From assembly GCF_009914755.1 (NCBI RefSeq), contig NC_060925.1: a stretch of 64,000 nucleotides of DNA; one strand, written 5' to 3'. A model generated the notes under the pieces. The model did no database searches. It was not told the DNA's origin and worked only from the letters and a program-made list of their open reading frames with translations. Shown piece after piece: positions 52,344-64,000 of the stretch. The position numbers were made by a program, and so were the translations under genes. The first letter of the stretch is position 1; each line of letters opens with the position of its first letter. Source of the DNA: the human T2T-CHM13v2.0 reference genome, Homo sapiens.

Positions 52344-55300
52344 TCAAGCAGTGCCAGCTGTGTTCCCATGCCAGACAGGCATGGAAGGGGTCTCCAGCTG
52401 GCTTCTCATTTCCGCACTGTGGTGTCTCCTGACCTGGGGGCCCTGGGGCCTGAAAGCCACTTCTGTCGGATCATCTCCGGCTCCCATTGGTTAAACCCCT
52501 ACTGTGTGCCAGGGCCCAGGGTGTGCTGTGACTTGCTCAGCACTCTCTCAGGGTGGCCCCTGAGTCTCTGCATTTTGCCACACACTGCCAGACTTGGCTA
52601 AAATAATACTAAGGCTACCTTTTATCAGTGCTTCTGGGAATCTATGGTGGTTGGTTAAAAGCATGAACTCAAGAACCAACCTGTCCAGGTTAAGTCCTGG
52701 CTCTGGACAGTCCATCGTCAGCATCCCCGCCCCACCCGTGCAGAGCGGCCTTTCTCCTGTCCTCCAGATGGTTCCCTTCCCATCCTGTGGGGTGAGATGG
52801 GGCTCTGAGCACGGGTGGAACCCAGCACTGGGGGGCAGATGGTTCTTCTGGCCCCTTTAGGTGTCAAGTCAGGAGGGGGATGACTTCCAGTGGCTTCTCC
52901 CCAGAGGAAAGAGATGGGGTTGTCCTGGGGGCACAGGGATGAAGGGGGAGGGCTGCACCAGGCAGAGGTGGGTGTGAAGAGGACTTCATGGGGTCGAAGT
53001 GCCCCAGCTCCTGCCTCTGTAGATCCAGAGCCCCCGTGCCCAGCTCTTCCCTGGCCCATCACAGCACGCACAACCCCCATCAGCGATTCTGTCCTTTGGG
53101 TTTCGAGTCCATTTTTATCTTCTACAGCCAATTCACTGCATTAAACTCCTCAGCCTTGACCCTGGTCACAGACCAAGCCCTCATTGCTGACATATAGCCC
53201 CGGCCACACACTGAGCCCTGACCCTGGTCTCAGATGGACCCATAACCACAGCTGGAGTTCCGACCCCAAGCAGCCACTACAGAGATGAAGATGCAGGGCT
53301 GCACAGTCCCTGAGGCCAGCCTGACGGGTCAGAGTGTCATCCCGCATTGGTTCCAGGATCCACACCACAGAGCCCCCACTGGCCATCTGGAGATGTGGCA
53401 CCTCCCCACTGTGTGGCCCTGGATACATCCCTCTGCTTGACCTCAGCTCCCGCCTCTAAATGAATGGATGACATCGAGAGACTTCCTGACTCAGAGCTGG
53501 TGACCTAGAAACTGTGAGGTACTCCTGGGGGTGTGGGCTTCAGGTTGTTCCCAGCTCTCACAGCCCTGGGCTAAATCCTCTCCACTCTCTTCCCAGCCTC
53601 AACCTCACAGTCCAGTGGTTAGGAACAGCCCCTGGGGCCGCATCCTAGCCAAGGGGCCTCGTAAGTTTCCTAGCCTCTTGGAGCCTTGTAAGTTTCCTAG
53701 CCTCTAGGAGCCTCAGTCTGCTGTCTGTAGGGTGGGGACTGTGGGTGTTGGGAACTCAGCGCAGGCCACGCGTGGGATGCTGTCAGAGCCAAGCCCAGCA
53801 TAAGCAAAGGGTCAGGAAGTCAGAGCCAAGCACACTGGCCTTCCACAGGGCTCCTGGGCTTCGCTCAGCTCCAGTGGAGATTGAAAATACTGTAATTCCT
53901 TTTTCTTCCCTTTCTCATTGGGGACACTGAGGCCTAGAGAGGTCAAGCCCCGTGCCAACAGAGTGGGGGAAAGCAGAGCCTCATGTCCCTCTTCTCACCC
54001 CACCCCTAGCCTCCTTTGAGCTCCATGAGCCACCAGAACTCATCATAGCCCCAGGCAGGTCGCCACCCTTCCCTGAGCCTCTGTTTCAGCTTCTGTAAGA
54101 GGAGGGAGCAGGACCAGTGGGATATCTCCTGAGGACACCTCACTGCTACTGAAGAGGACAGGAGCATGCTGGGGTAGGAGGTCAGGTCTGCATGGCAGGC
54201 CTTCAGAAACCTCTGGAATGTGGGTTTGAAAGTTTGGGGGCTGCTCTTGCTACAAAGGTTCCCTGTTCTCCCCTCCTTTCTTTCCATGACATTTCACCAA
54301 CTGTTTCTTCCCTTAATCCAAACCATCGTTTTTCCAGGGTGAAATTTAAATCAAAGCCACATGGCTCCCCCAACACACGTGTCCTTGCCAAATGGAAGCG
54401 TGTTCTGGGGAAACAGTAATGACCCTGCCGAAGGGGATTCTGACCTCTCCATGGGGCCCGCCAGGCAAGTGCTATGTGGCATTGAGAAGACCTGGGGGCT
54501 TCAAGTTGGCCCAACTGGGGTAGGCTTGGAGGTTTCCAGGCCCAAACATGGCTCCGCCAGGAGCAGAGGGTGAGCCTGAGTTCCTCCACAAGGAGGCCAG
54601 GAGGCCTTTTCCAGAGCCAGGAGCCTTCATCCTATGAGCCATGGATATGGGAGGTGCCTGAACCCCTGGGGTCCATCTGGGGAAGGGGTTTACACGGTCC
54701 TCCCAGTGAGGCTCAGTCATTGATATGACTTGAAGCATGGTGGTGGTGTGGCTGTATGAGAAAGAGACCTGGATTTGGAGTCTTGTTTGTGTCTGATTCT
54801 CACTCACTTGCTGTGTGACCTCGAACAAGTTCCTTAACTTCTCTGAGCTTCAGTTTCCTCATTGGTAAAATGGGGCTTCAGCTAGAAGCTCTCTCAGTGG
54901 TAACCATGATGCAGGCGAAGGGCCAGGGCCCAGGAGCTGGCGCACAGTGGAGCTCACAAAAGCAGCTGGGGGAACTGTGCAGAAGTGAAGCGGGGGCCTC
55001 AGAAAGGAAGGAGGGAGACGCCAGGCCTGGCATTGCAAGAGGGGCTGAAAGCAGTGGTGGGAGAGAGGGCAGACAGGGAAATCTGGGCACTGTGTGCAGC
55101 CCCCAGATATGAGAGGAAGCCCCTGAGTGGAGAGTCATGAGACTTTGGAAGGGGCAGAAGGCTTTACTGAGGGGAGGGGCATCCAGGGAGGAGGGGCCTG
55201 GAAGTCCCCAGGGGCCACTCTGCAGGGGCTTCCCTGGGCCTGGTCTCTGTTTTACATAGTCTGGCACTCCCAGGCGGGCTCACAACTTGGAGTCCTGGTT

Positions 55301-55539
55301 GGGGAGAGGGAGTCAGGAGAGCAGGAGGCAACCTCCCATACCCGCCATACACCAATAATCAGACACCCTCACTCCGGACCAAGCCTGGACACCTGTGGGG
55401 TGAGCACACTCATAGCTATAGGCCCACAGACTGAGAAGTACATGCAAATGGCCACATGCCAGACCCATATGCAAAACACAGACCCAGACAGGCCATGCAC
55501 AGACCCACATTTCCACACCGGGGCCAGACCCGCATGCAG

Positions 55540-56120
55540 GAGTGTGCAGGCATGTGGATGCGTGCACACACACTCCCGCACATACATGCCTGCACACACA
55601 CACACCTGCACACATACACATGCCTGCACACACACACACCCCTGCACACATGCATACATGCCCACACACACACACCTACATGCCTGTGCACACACACACC
55701 TGCACACACGCATACATGCCTGCACACACACGTACATGCCCGCACACACACATGCCTGCACACACACCTGCGCGCACACACACCTGCACACACACATACA
55801 TGCCTGCACACGCACACATACATGCCTGCACACACACATTCACATACATGCCCACACACACATGCACACACATACCTACCTGCATACACACACCTACACA
55901 CACATACATGCCTGCACACACACATTCACATACATGCCTACACACATGCATACACACATACATTCTTGCATGCACACATCTGCACACACATACATACCTG
56001 CACACACATATTCACATACATGCCTACACACACGTGCACACACATACATGCCTGCACATACACATGCACATGCATGCCTACACACATGGGTGCACACAAA
56101 CGTGAGCACACACATGTGCT
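55540..56120. repeat. Degenerate (CA)n minisatellite (CACACATACATGCCTG units)
   Basis: Repeated CATACATGCCTGCACACAC, the source of several stop-free pseudo-ORFs. Confidence 0.93.
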
Positions 56121-58099
56121 GAACAAGGCCCCAGGAAGCCTCCAGCACAGGCCAAGAGAACGGCTCCCTCTACACTCGTTTATTCACTCCACAAACCAAC
56201 TGAGCACCTACCAATGTCAGGCACAACCCCTGCCCCTGGAACTCACACTCTAGTGAGAAAAATGTCAATCACGCCTATCGAAATAATGACTATTCCTCAC
56301 ACATTCACGAGATTTTGCTCATTTAACCCTCAAAGCAGCCCTCTGGAGTCGGGGGGTCTCTGCTGCACAGATGAGAAAATGGGGTTCTGAGAGGCGTGGC
56401 ACCATGCCCTGCTCGAAGCTCCAGAGCCGGCGATTGGCAGCCCCACTCAGATGGGTCTGGGGAGGGCTCTCTACTTCCTCTCGGTGACTTCTGTCTCCCC
56501 TGCCCTCTGCAAAAGCGGAGGCTGTGGGGATGTGGCCCCTGGCGCTAGGAGCAGGCCTGCTGAGGGGCCTGGCTGCTCCCTCTAGCCCCACTGTGGCCCT
56601 GGACAAGCCTTTCTCTTCCCACCCCTGCTGCCCATTGCACAGAAGCAGACATGGAGTCTGAGAGGACAGTGGCCTCGTGAGGTGGCCGAGCTGGGCACTG
56701 CGTTAGAGACAGGGAGGGGGCAGCTTCTGCCACCCACATCCCCAGATCAGTCGGTCCATGAGTCCTCACTGAGCCTGGTCCTGGCTGGATGCTCTGCCAG
56801 GCACACAGGGACAGCCCAGCCCAGGGCCTCCATGTTGCTTCCCACGCTACCAGGCCCGGGAGCACCAAACTCCTCGAGTACCAGGAAGCGAGCCCGCACA
56901 CACCTTAGCTGCAGGTCCTAGCACCCCCGCCTTTCCCAGCCTCATACTCTCTGGACAGACAAGAGACTCCCCCTCACCCCAGGACCTACAGCCTACGGAG
57001 GCCTGGAGCCACCCAGCCTGGGCCGCAGGGACCTCAGGGAGGGTGCAGACGGGGGACGGAGGGCACAGGCCAGGGCCCTAACACCAGGCAGAGCCGTCCA
57101 CAGTGGGATCGCCCACCTCGTTGGCTGCCTGGAGCATGGCCACCCTGTCCTGCATGTGAACTCGGGAGTGGGGAGAGCAGAGAGAGGCGGGGGCCGTCAT
57201 TCAGCCTCTTGGAACTATTCTTGTCAGTGCCTCGTTCCTGGAAGCCTCTTTGGGCTGGGCCCTGTGTACAGGCAGAGGTTGGTGTGGGAGGGGAAGGCTG
57301 GGGTGTGTGTCTCTCACTGGAAGCCCTTGGAAAACCCCTCCCCTCCTTCGGGGCAGCCCCTGCCCTCAATTTGCTTACAGTCTGTTCCAAGCTTCTCAAT
57401 CCATCAGATCAACTAGAGGAACTTTATAAAATGCAGGTTCCTGGGCTCCTTCCCAGTCTGCTGAATCCTAATCTCAGGGCTGGAGCCCTGGAATCTGTAT
57501 TTTTTCAAAGCCTCGAGACCTGGATGAGAAGGCAGCACTGAGATCCCCTGGCCCAGGTTCTGGCGACTGCTCATGATTATTTTTTGGACCCCGTCGGTGG
57601 GATGCTGTCTTATTTAATCCCATGTCCCTGCAAAGGATCCAGTAGATGCCAAATGAATGTTTGCTGGCAGTACTGGTGGGTTGGGCAGGGTATGGACTCA
57701 CCTAGAGGTATGCCTGGACCTCCCCCGGCCTGCTGTGTGACCTTGGACAAATCACTGCCCTCTCTGGGCCTTGGCTTAGAGGGTCTCCAAAGGCAGATAT
57801 TTAGTGAGCCACTGATGGTCACCAAGGGCTGCCCGAACATCCAGGAGGTGATCTTACTCCCAGCGTGGGAGGGAACCAGACTGGCCTCCAAGGCATCTCT
57901 GGGATTCCCTTAGTTTGCCTTCTGAAAAATGGGCCCGGGCCATGGAGGCATCCTGAACTGCACTGCTCTCGCATGGACAACAGAGAGGGCATTCTTCCAC
58001 ACCTAAGGGAAAGAATATTTACCAACCCCTGGGGCCGCCCCTGAACCCTGGCCTAGGCCTGAGGGCTGAGCTGAGGGGTTATGAGGACCCCTGGCCTCT

Positions 58100-58900
58100 C
58101 CCTTGCCCCTCCCCCTCCTACCCCACCCCCACCCCCTGCTGTGGGCGAGGAGCAGGTGCCTGGCTTCCACTTCTTAGAATCCCTGTGAGGCCCTGGGGTG
58201 GGGGTGAGCTCATTTACGGGAAGGGGGGGATGGGGGGCTCTCTTCTCACCCGGCCCTGCTGGAGGCGGGGGGGGACAGCAAGTGCGTAAGCAGCCCCAGC
58301 TCCCGGCCTGCCTCCGGAAATGCCGCCCAGGGCTCAGTCACGAACCTAGCCAGGCAGGGGGGCACAGCCAGAGCACTCAGGGGTGTCAGGTGACCTGCGA
58401 GGAAGCTTGGCTGGGGGCCTAGAGGCTGCACCGGGGTGCACAGTGAGGTCAACTTCCCCCTTCCTGGGCCTGCACCCTGACACAGGGGTGTGCACCCCAC
58501 GGCCCAGCTGGATGTGTCTCCTGCTGTCTGCCTATCTGTCTGCTGTGCCCTGGCCCACCGTGGGCTCTGGGCCTCTGCTGGGCTCCCCTGGCACCCATGG
58601 GGCCTGAGTTCTCATCAACAACCTGCTTCAAGGGGTGCGTGTCAGGGTCCTGGGGTATGGGGGAGACCCCAGCCAGGTCCTGGTGCGGACAGCCCTGCTT
58701 CCCTACCCCCTCTCCCCTTCCCTCCCTCCTCCACTTCTCTCTGCAGCTATTTAAAGCAAGTGGTGGCGTGGGAAACTTCTTCAGATGTGTGGTTTCATCT
58801 TCTTCAGCACAGGGACGGGGCGTCTGCTCGCTCTGGTGACTCATCCAGAGTGAGAAAAGCCTTTTTGTTGTTTGATGCTCGCTGGAGGCTCTGTAGCCTG
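58100..58900. promoter_or_regulatory. Candidate distal lymphoid enhancer
   Basis: STAT5-type TTCTTAGAA 58171, MEF2-like CTATTTAAAG 58747, RBPJ CGTGGGAA 58767, E-box 58782, RUNX TGTGGTT 58788, AP-1 TGACTCA 58837 and a second RBPJ-like GTGAGAA 58850. Confidence 0.65.
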
Positions 58901-59284
58901 AGAACCTGGCCCGATGGGGCCTTCCCTGCTGAGACTCCTGGGAGGCCTTGGGAGTGCCCAGGGCAGCCCTTTTGTTCCATCCCCAGACCCAGGGAGCCCG
59001 GGACCAGTGGAGCCCCTGAAGCTGAAATACTCTGCTTAGAGTGAGCCTTCCTGACTGGTGGGTGGGGCAGGGGTGGCCATTCTCAACACCCAGCTCAGCC
59101 ACCACCTCCTCCAAGAAGCCTCCCTGATTCCTCCAAAACCTCAGTCGATCTCCACCTTATTCAGTCCTCTAACCCTCAGTCTTCTTATCTATGAAATGGA
59201 GCAGTGGGTCCAAGCTTCACAGATCTGTGTGAAGATAAACTGCGGAACACACACAGATGCTCAGTAGGTGAGATTCGTGGTAAG

Positions 59285-59535
59285 ATTTATTGAGCATTTA
59301 TTGTGTGCTAAGTGCTTTACATGAATGGTCCCATTGAATCCCAACAGCTTTGCGAAGTGTTGTTGGGATTCAGCAGGACCATTCGTGTAAAGTAATATTC
59401 CCATTTTACAGATGAAGAAACTGAAGGATGGGGAGGGGGTCAAGTAATTTATACATTGTCTCATAGTTAGTAAGCAGCAAAGTGAGATTCAAACCTAGGC
59501 CATGTGATGCCAGAGCCCCAGCCTTTAGCCACTGT
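59285..59535 (-). mobile_element. MIR SINE hosting the hairpin
   Basis: TTTATTGAGCA...AAGTGCTTTACAT before the hairpin and CCCATTTTACAGATGAAGAAACTGA...GAGATTCAAACCTAGG after it. Confidence 0.8.
59312..59395 (+). ncRNA. MIR4425: miR-4425 precursor hairpin (mature about 59361-59382)
   Basis: 84-nt stem-loop: CTTTACATGAATGGTCCCATTGAATCCCAACAGC pairs with GTTGTTGGGATTCAGCAGGACCATTCGTGTAAAG. It matches my recollection of mir-4425 and its position upstream of RUNX3. Confidence 0.88.
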
Positions 59536-61737
59536 GCCAACCTGTCCCTGGCAAACGTAACTAATAAGGATTTGGACTCAAGGCTATAAAGGGCATGCCC
59601 CTTCTGTTCAGAGGCTTTGCACATGCTCTTCCCCTGCCTGAAGCACTGACCCTTCCCCAATTGCCTGACTATATCCTCCCCAAGGCTCAGAGATGGGCTG
59701 GAAGGTCACTTCCTCCAGGAACTTTCCAGGATTGTCTCTGTCAGGTACCCTGGTGACGCACAGCGAGTCTCTGTGTACTCACTACCACGGCAGCTAAATC
59801 ACTGTTTCCGCCTGTGTCCTCACCCAGACTGTGAGTGTCCCCAGGGTAGAGATGGGTCTGGCCTCCCATTGCCCCATCCCCACGGCAAGCACAGTCTCTG
59901 GCACACAGTAGGTCCCCAAGGTTTGTGGACTGAATAAGTACCACCAAGGTGGCCAGAGGCTGGGAGAAGCCTGGAGCACCAATGGCCATGAAAATTTTCC
60001 AGAAGCTTCTCTGTCATTATACAGAAATCCCTTTGATGCCCCCTGGAGAACACAGGCCTTGAAACTGCTGCCTGATGAGGGTTTGGGGGAGACAGGCGGT
60101 CTCAGAGTAGCCTACTCTCCCAGGGCAGCTGTGCCACGGGCTATTGGAGATCCCGGGCTATTTGTGATGGCCTTGGAGCATTATGGGAGCAGGGAGGAAG
60201 GTCCCCTGTCCTGCTGCCACTCTCTGCTACCCTGAAGTCCCGTAAGAAAGGACCACTCAGCTCCATCCTTGGGAGTCGAAAGATCACCAGGGCCAGAGAG
60301 AGGTTCTGGGAAGAGGTGGGCACAGAGAGTCTTGGGGGTCCAGGGTCTTGGAGGAGCTGGGGTCCCTTGAGTGATGGACTTCAAAGTGAGGCTGGGCTGC
60401 CCCCATTGAAGGAACAGCAGCCGCCATCTAGAGATGTCCAGTGAGTGCCTCGAGCACTGCCATTGATGCAGACAGCTGTGGCCTCAGACCTGGATCCTGG
60501 CAGCAGAGGCCATCAGTGGACCACAGCGTGCTTCCCAGTGGCCATGCCAGGGTGGGTGGGGAGCAGCTTATCTGACCACAGACCAGCCATGCCAGCAAAG
60601 GCGCTGCCGTTTCTGCCCACATAAGGGCTACAGTGGCTGCAGCAGCCACGCCAACAGGGGCAATGCAGTGTTCAGGGGGTGCAGCCAGGCCAGCAAGGGG
60701 GGAAAGGATAGATGACCACGGAAGAAGCCACAGCAGCAGCCACGCCAGGTAGGAATCATGCAGAGGAGCAGGGGCACACCAAGCAGCAGTGCAGCTGGCC
60801 TTGGAAACAAATACTGCCTTCTGACATCAAATGCTCTGAGGACGGTTGAGGGGCTTGGGCTTCGGTGCCCACCACCTGCCATCACTGCTGCCTCTTCTGT
60901 GGGGTTCTCCTGGTTGCCCTAGAGGCCTAGCAAGAGGCAGCACGGGCCAGGGAGGCACGAGGGGGAAACTGAGGGCAGGAAGCCAAAGGATGGCAAGAGA
61001 GAGGCTGGGCCGCTGCACGGGGCCTGGGGGGAGTGGGGAGAAGGAGGGCCACCCTGGACACCGGTGTCCTCAGACTGCTTCTCATGCCCTCCTCCTCCCT
61101 CCAGGGCTTACCCTGCCTGTGAGCAGAGTCTGCTGCTATCCCGGTTCCACAGACAAGGACAGAGGGGCTCAAAGAAGTCTGGGAATGTGGAAGCCTGGGG
61201 ATTTGGAAGTCGGCTGGAGCTCTAGCTGCCGGCCTCTGTCATTTGGGTGTGTTCTTTATTACTACAGAGCGATGCTGCAGAGAAAGAGGGCATGAGGACT
61301 GGAGATGGCTGGCCCTGGGCAGACCTTTCAGGGCCTCAGTTTCCTCACCTGTGAAACTGGACACTTGGCCTCCACCATCCCCCAAGGCTCTCCCAGCTCA
61401 GTGGTGCTACAATAGGAGGGATGATATGTGGCCAAAGGGAGGGGAGTGGGTGGCCAGGACAGGCTGCCCTTTGCTGAGGCCTTTGTGACTCTGTTACCCC
61501 AAATGGAAGCCAGAGAGGTAGAGTGACTTAGCCAAGGTCATACAGCAACTCACTGGGGGGTTGGGGAAGGGAACCCTGCTTGACTGGGCGGGGCAGAACC
61601 TGGAGGCTCAGGCATGTTGGGGAAGGATGGGAGACTGCAGCTGAGAGTCCTCACTCCCAGCCCGTCTTCTGAAACACAGACGCTGGGAGAGCCATCTCCA
61701 CCAAGGCCAGAGCTGCCTGTCTCCAAACTGAAAGTCA

Positions 61738-62187
<450 letters not shown>

Positions 62188-64000
62188 TCACACCTGTGCC
62201 AGCCAGATTCGATTCCTGCTTTGATCCAACCCTTGCCTTACGGTTCAGCCTTGCCAGCCTCAGGGATGGGGCACACTGTGTGCTGTAGAGACTTGGACAC
62301 TACCCATTGCCAGCCAAGCTGCCCCCAGGAAAGCCCTGAGTGTCAGTGCTCTGTTAGGCCTCGGCAGGGGGCCAGCAGCTGTCCTCCAGAAGCTTTCAGC
62401 CTAAGAAGGAATGGTTTGCAGTTCTTTTCCAGCCCTTTATAGTTTTACAGAGCAAAGATTTCTCCTCCAAGCTCATTGCATCCTCATGCCAGCTGGGAGG
62501 GTGGACAAGATAGAAGCCACAGGCACCTGCTCTGCTTAAAATAAAAATTTTTTAAAATGTTCTTTAGCTTTTCTTTTGGTGCTGGGGTTCAGGAGGCTGG
62601 TCCTGCAGAAGCAGAAGTGCTTATGACGAGCTTCCCTGGAAATCCCAGAAGGGAAGTTTGGGAAGGATTCTGAGACAGCGGGAAGCTGATGATTTTGAAG
62701 ATGAGAGACCTGTCCAGGGTCCCACAGTGAGTGTGCAGAGCCAGCAGGGGAGGCTGGTCGGCCGTGCCTCACCCAGCACTCAGCTCTGATCAGACGTGGA
62801 GCTGAGATGACCAGGGCCTGACTTGACCATGACCTCAGGAAGATCCGGGCAGTCAAGTCTGGGATGGAGACTCGGAAGCCTGCCTAGTTCAGAGCTGCCC
62901 GATCAGGCGAGGGGAATCCCAAGGCCAAGTAGTGATGGGAATGCAATGCCCCCTCCCCAGCCCATTCTACATCCCCTGTCTTTTGCATATGACTGAGAAC
63001 CTCTGACCTGAAGCCCTGGCGGGATTCCAGTACAGCCCAGACAAAAAATTTCCCCTGTGGTTTGAAATGGATCTCAGCCATCACTTCCTGTGCCCCATGG
63101 GAGGTGGGAGCGGAACAGGGGGCCAGAAAGGGGGTGACCTTGTTGTCAGGTTCCACAGATACACTTGGGGGGCTCTGGCGTGAGAGTCTGTCCACTGAGG
63201 GTTCCACCCTGGCCAGGTCTATCTGTGTGACTTCTGGCAAATCCCTCTCCTCTGAAATGGATGGGACCTAAGGGCAATTGTCTGGCAACTGTGGTTTTAA
63301 CTACTTTGTCCTCCTGAGGGACCAGAAGGGACGTAAGACAGAAGCCAAGCCAGGAGGTATTGGGGAAGGACTAAGGTTTTGAATTGGACAGTCTGAAATC
63401 AAATGCTGGCCCCACCACTTACTTGCTGTGTGGCCCTGGGCAAGTGACTTCACCTCTCTGAGGTTCCATCTCTGCATTAATAATACTAATAATAATCACA
63501 GGATGTGAGCCCCGTTTTTCTGCCAGACACTCTTCCAAGTGACTCCTCTCTGACACGGCCCAATCACCCTCTAGGGTAGAGGCTCTGAGGATCCCAAGTA
63601 GGAGACGAGGGTGTGAGGTTTGGCATGAACACTGCCCGCCCGACTCCAGATGCCCTGGCCTTTGCTGCCTGCCATGCAAGAGGCGGTCTTGCAGATGAAA
63701 GGAGATCATTTGAGAGAAGTTTCCAGCTCCCTGTGCTCAGTCATGGAAGTTGTCATATTATTGTCACCGTTACTCACTTTCCTCCTTTCCCTGGTGAGGG
63801 CCGGCCCTGCCTCGTAAGTCCAACTCCTGCCCACTGCTCCCCATGGGGTGCCCACCGCCTCCAGCTGGGAGCCTCCTCTGCACTCTCTGTCCTCCAAAAC
63901 CCATGGATGTGCCTCCAGGGGGCAGAGGTCTGGGGGCCCTTCTGAAGGCCTGTGGCTCAGCCCCCTCATTTCAGAGGCAGGGAGAGGCCACTTCCCAGGA

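Noticed and set aside
53661-53714. 27-bp tandem duplication within a MIR-like remnant
   Set aside because: Ordinary slippage duplication with no evident function.
55127-56253. 331-aa and 265-aa ORFs and overlapping frames
   Set aside because: His/Thr- or Cys/Val-rich translations of a (CA)n repeat that lacks stop codons by composition.

Overview
Human genomic DNA from chr1p36.11, identified by the RUNX3 exon and a human-specific AluYb8. The window starts at the first coding exon and distal (P1) promoter of RUNX3 on the minus strand and covers about 63 kb of its upstream non-coding regulatory domain. The only supportable protein-coding sequence is the 58-nt P1 exon (MASNSIFDSFPTYSPTFNR), which here carries Asn instead of the usual Ile at codon 18. 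The MIR4425 hairpin lies at about 59.3 kb. The rest is repeat-rich (Alu, MIR, L1, L2, MaLR/ERV LTRs, hAT DNA transposons, micro- and minisatellites) with several clusters of lymphoid transcription-factor motifs. The ORFs in the supplied track are chance or repeat-derived, apart from a possible uORF inside 332..841. The most interesting observations are a probable splice-removable uORF in the P1 leader, a ~740-bp pentamer-periodic G/T tract resembling an immunoglobulin switch region, the origin of MIR4425 from an inverted duplication inside a MIR, a young AluYb8, and a palindrome-bearing AT minisatellite with a polarised unit gradient. I cannot demonstrate a new biological system from sequence alone. 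Repeat subfamily calls, most repeat boundaries and SNP identities are by eye or from memory.
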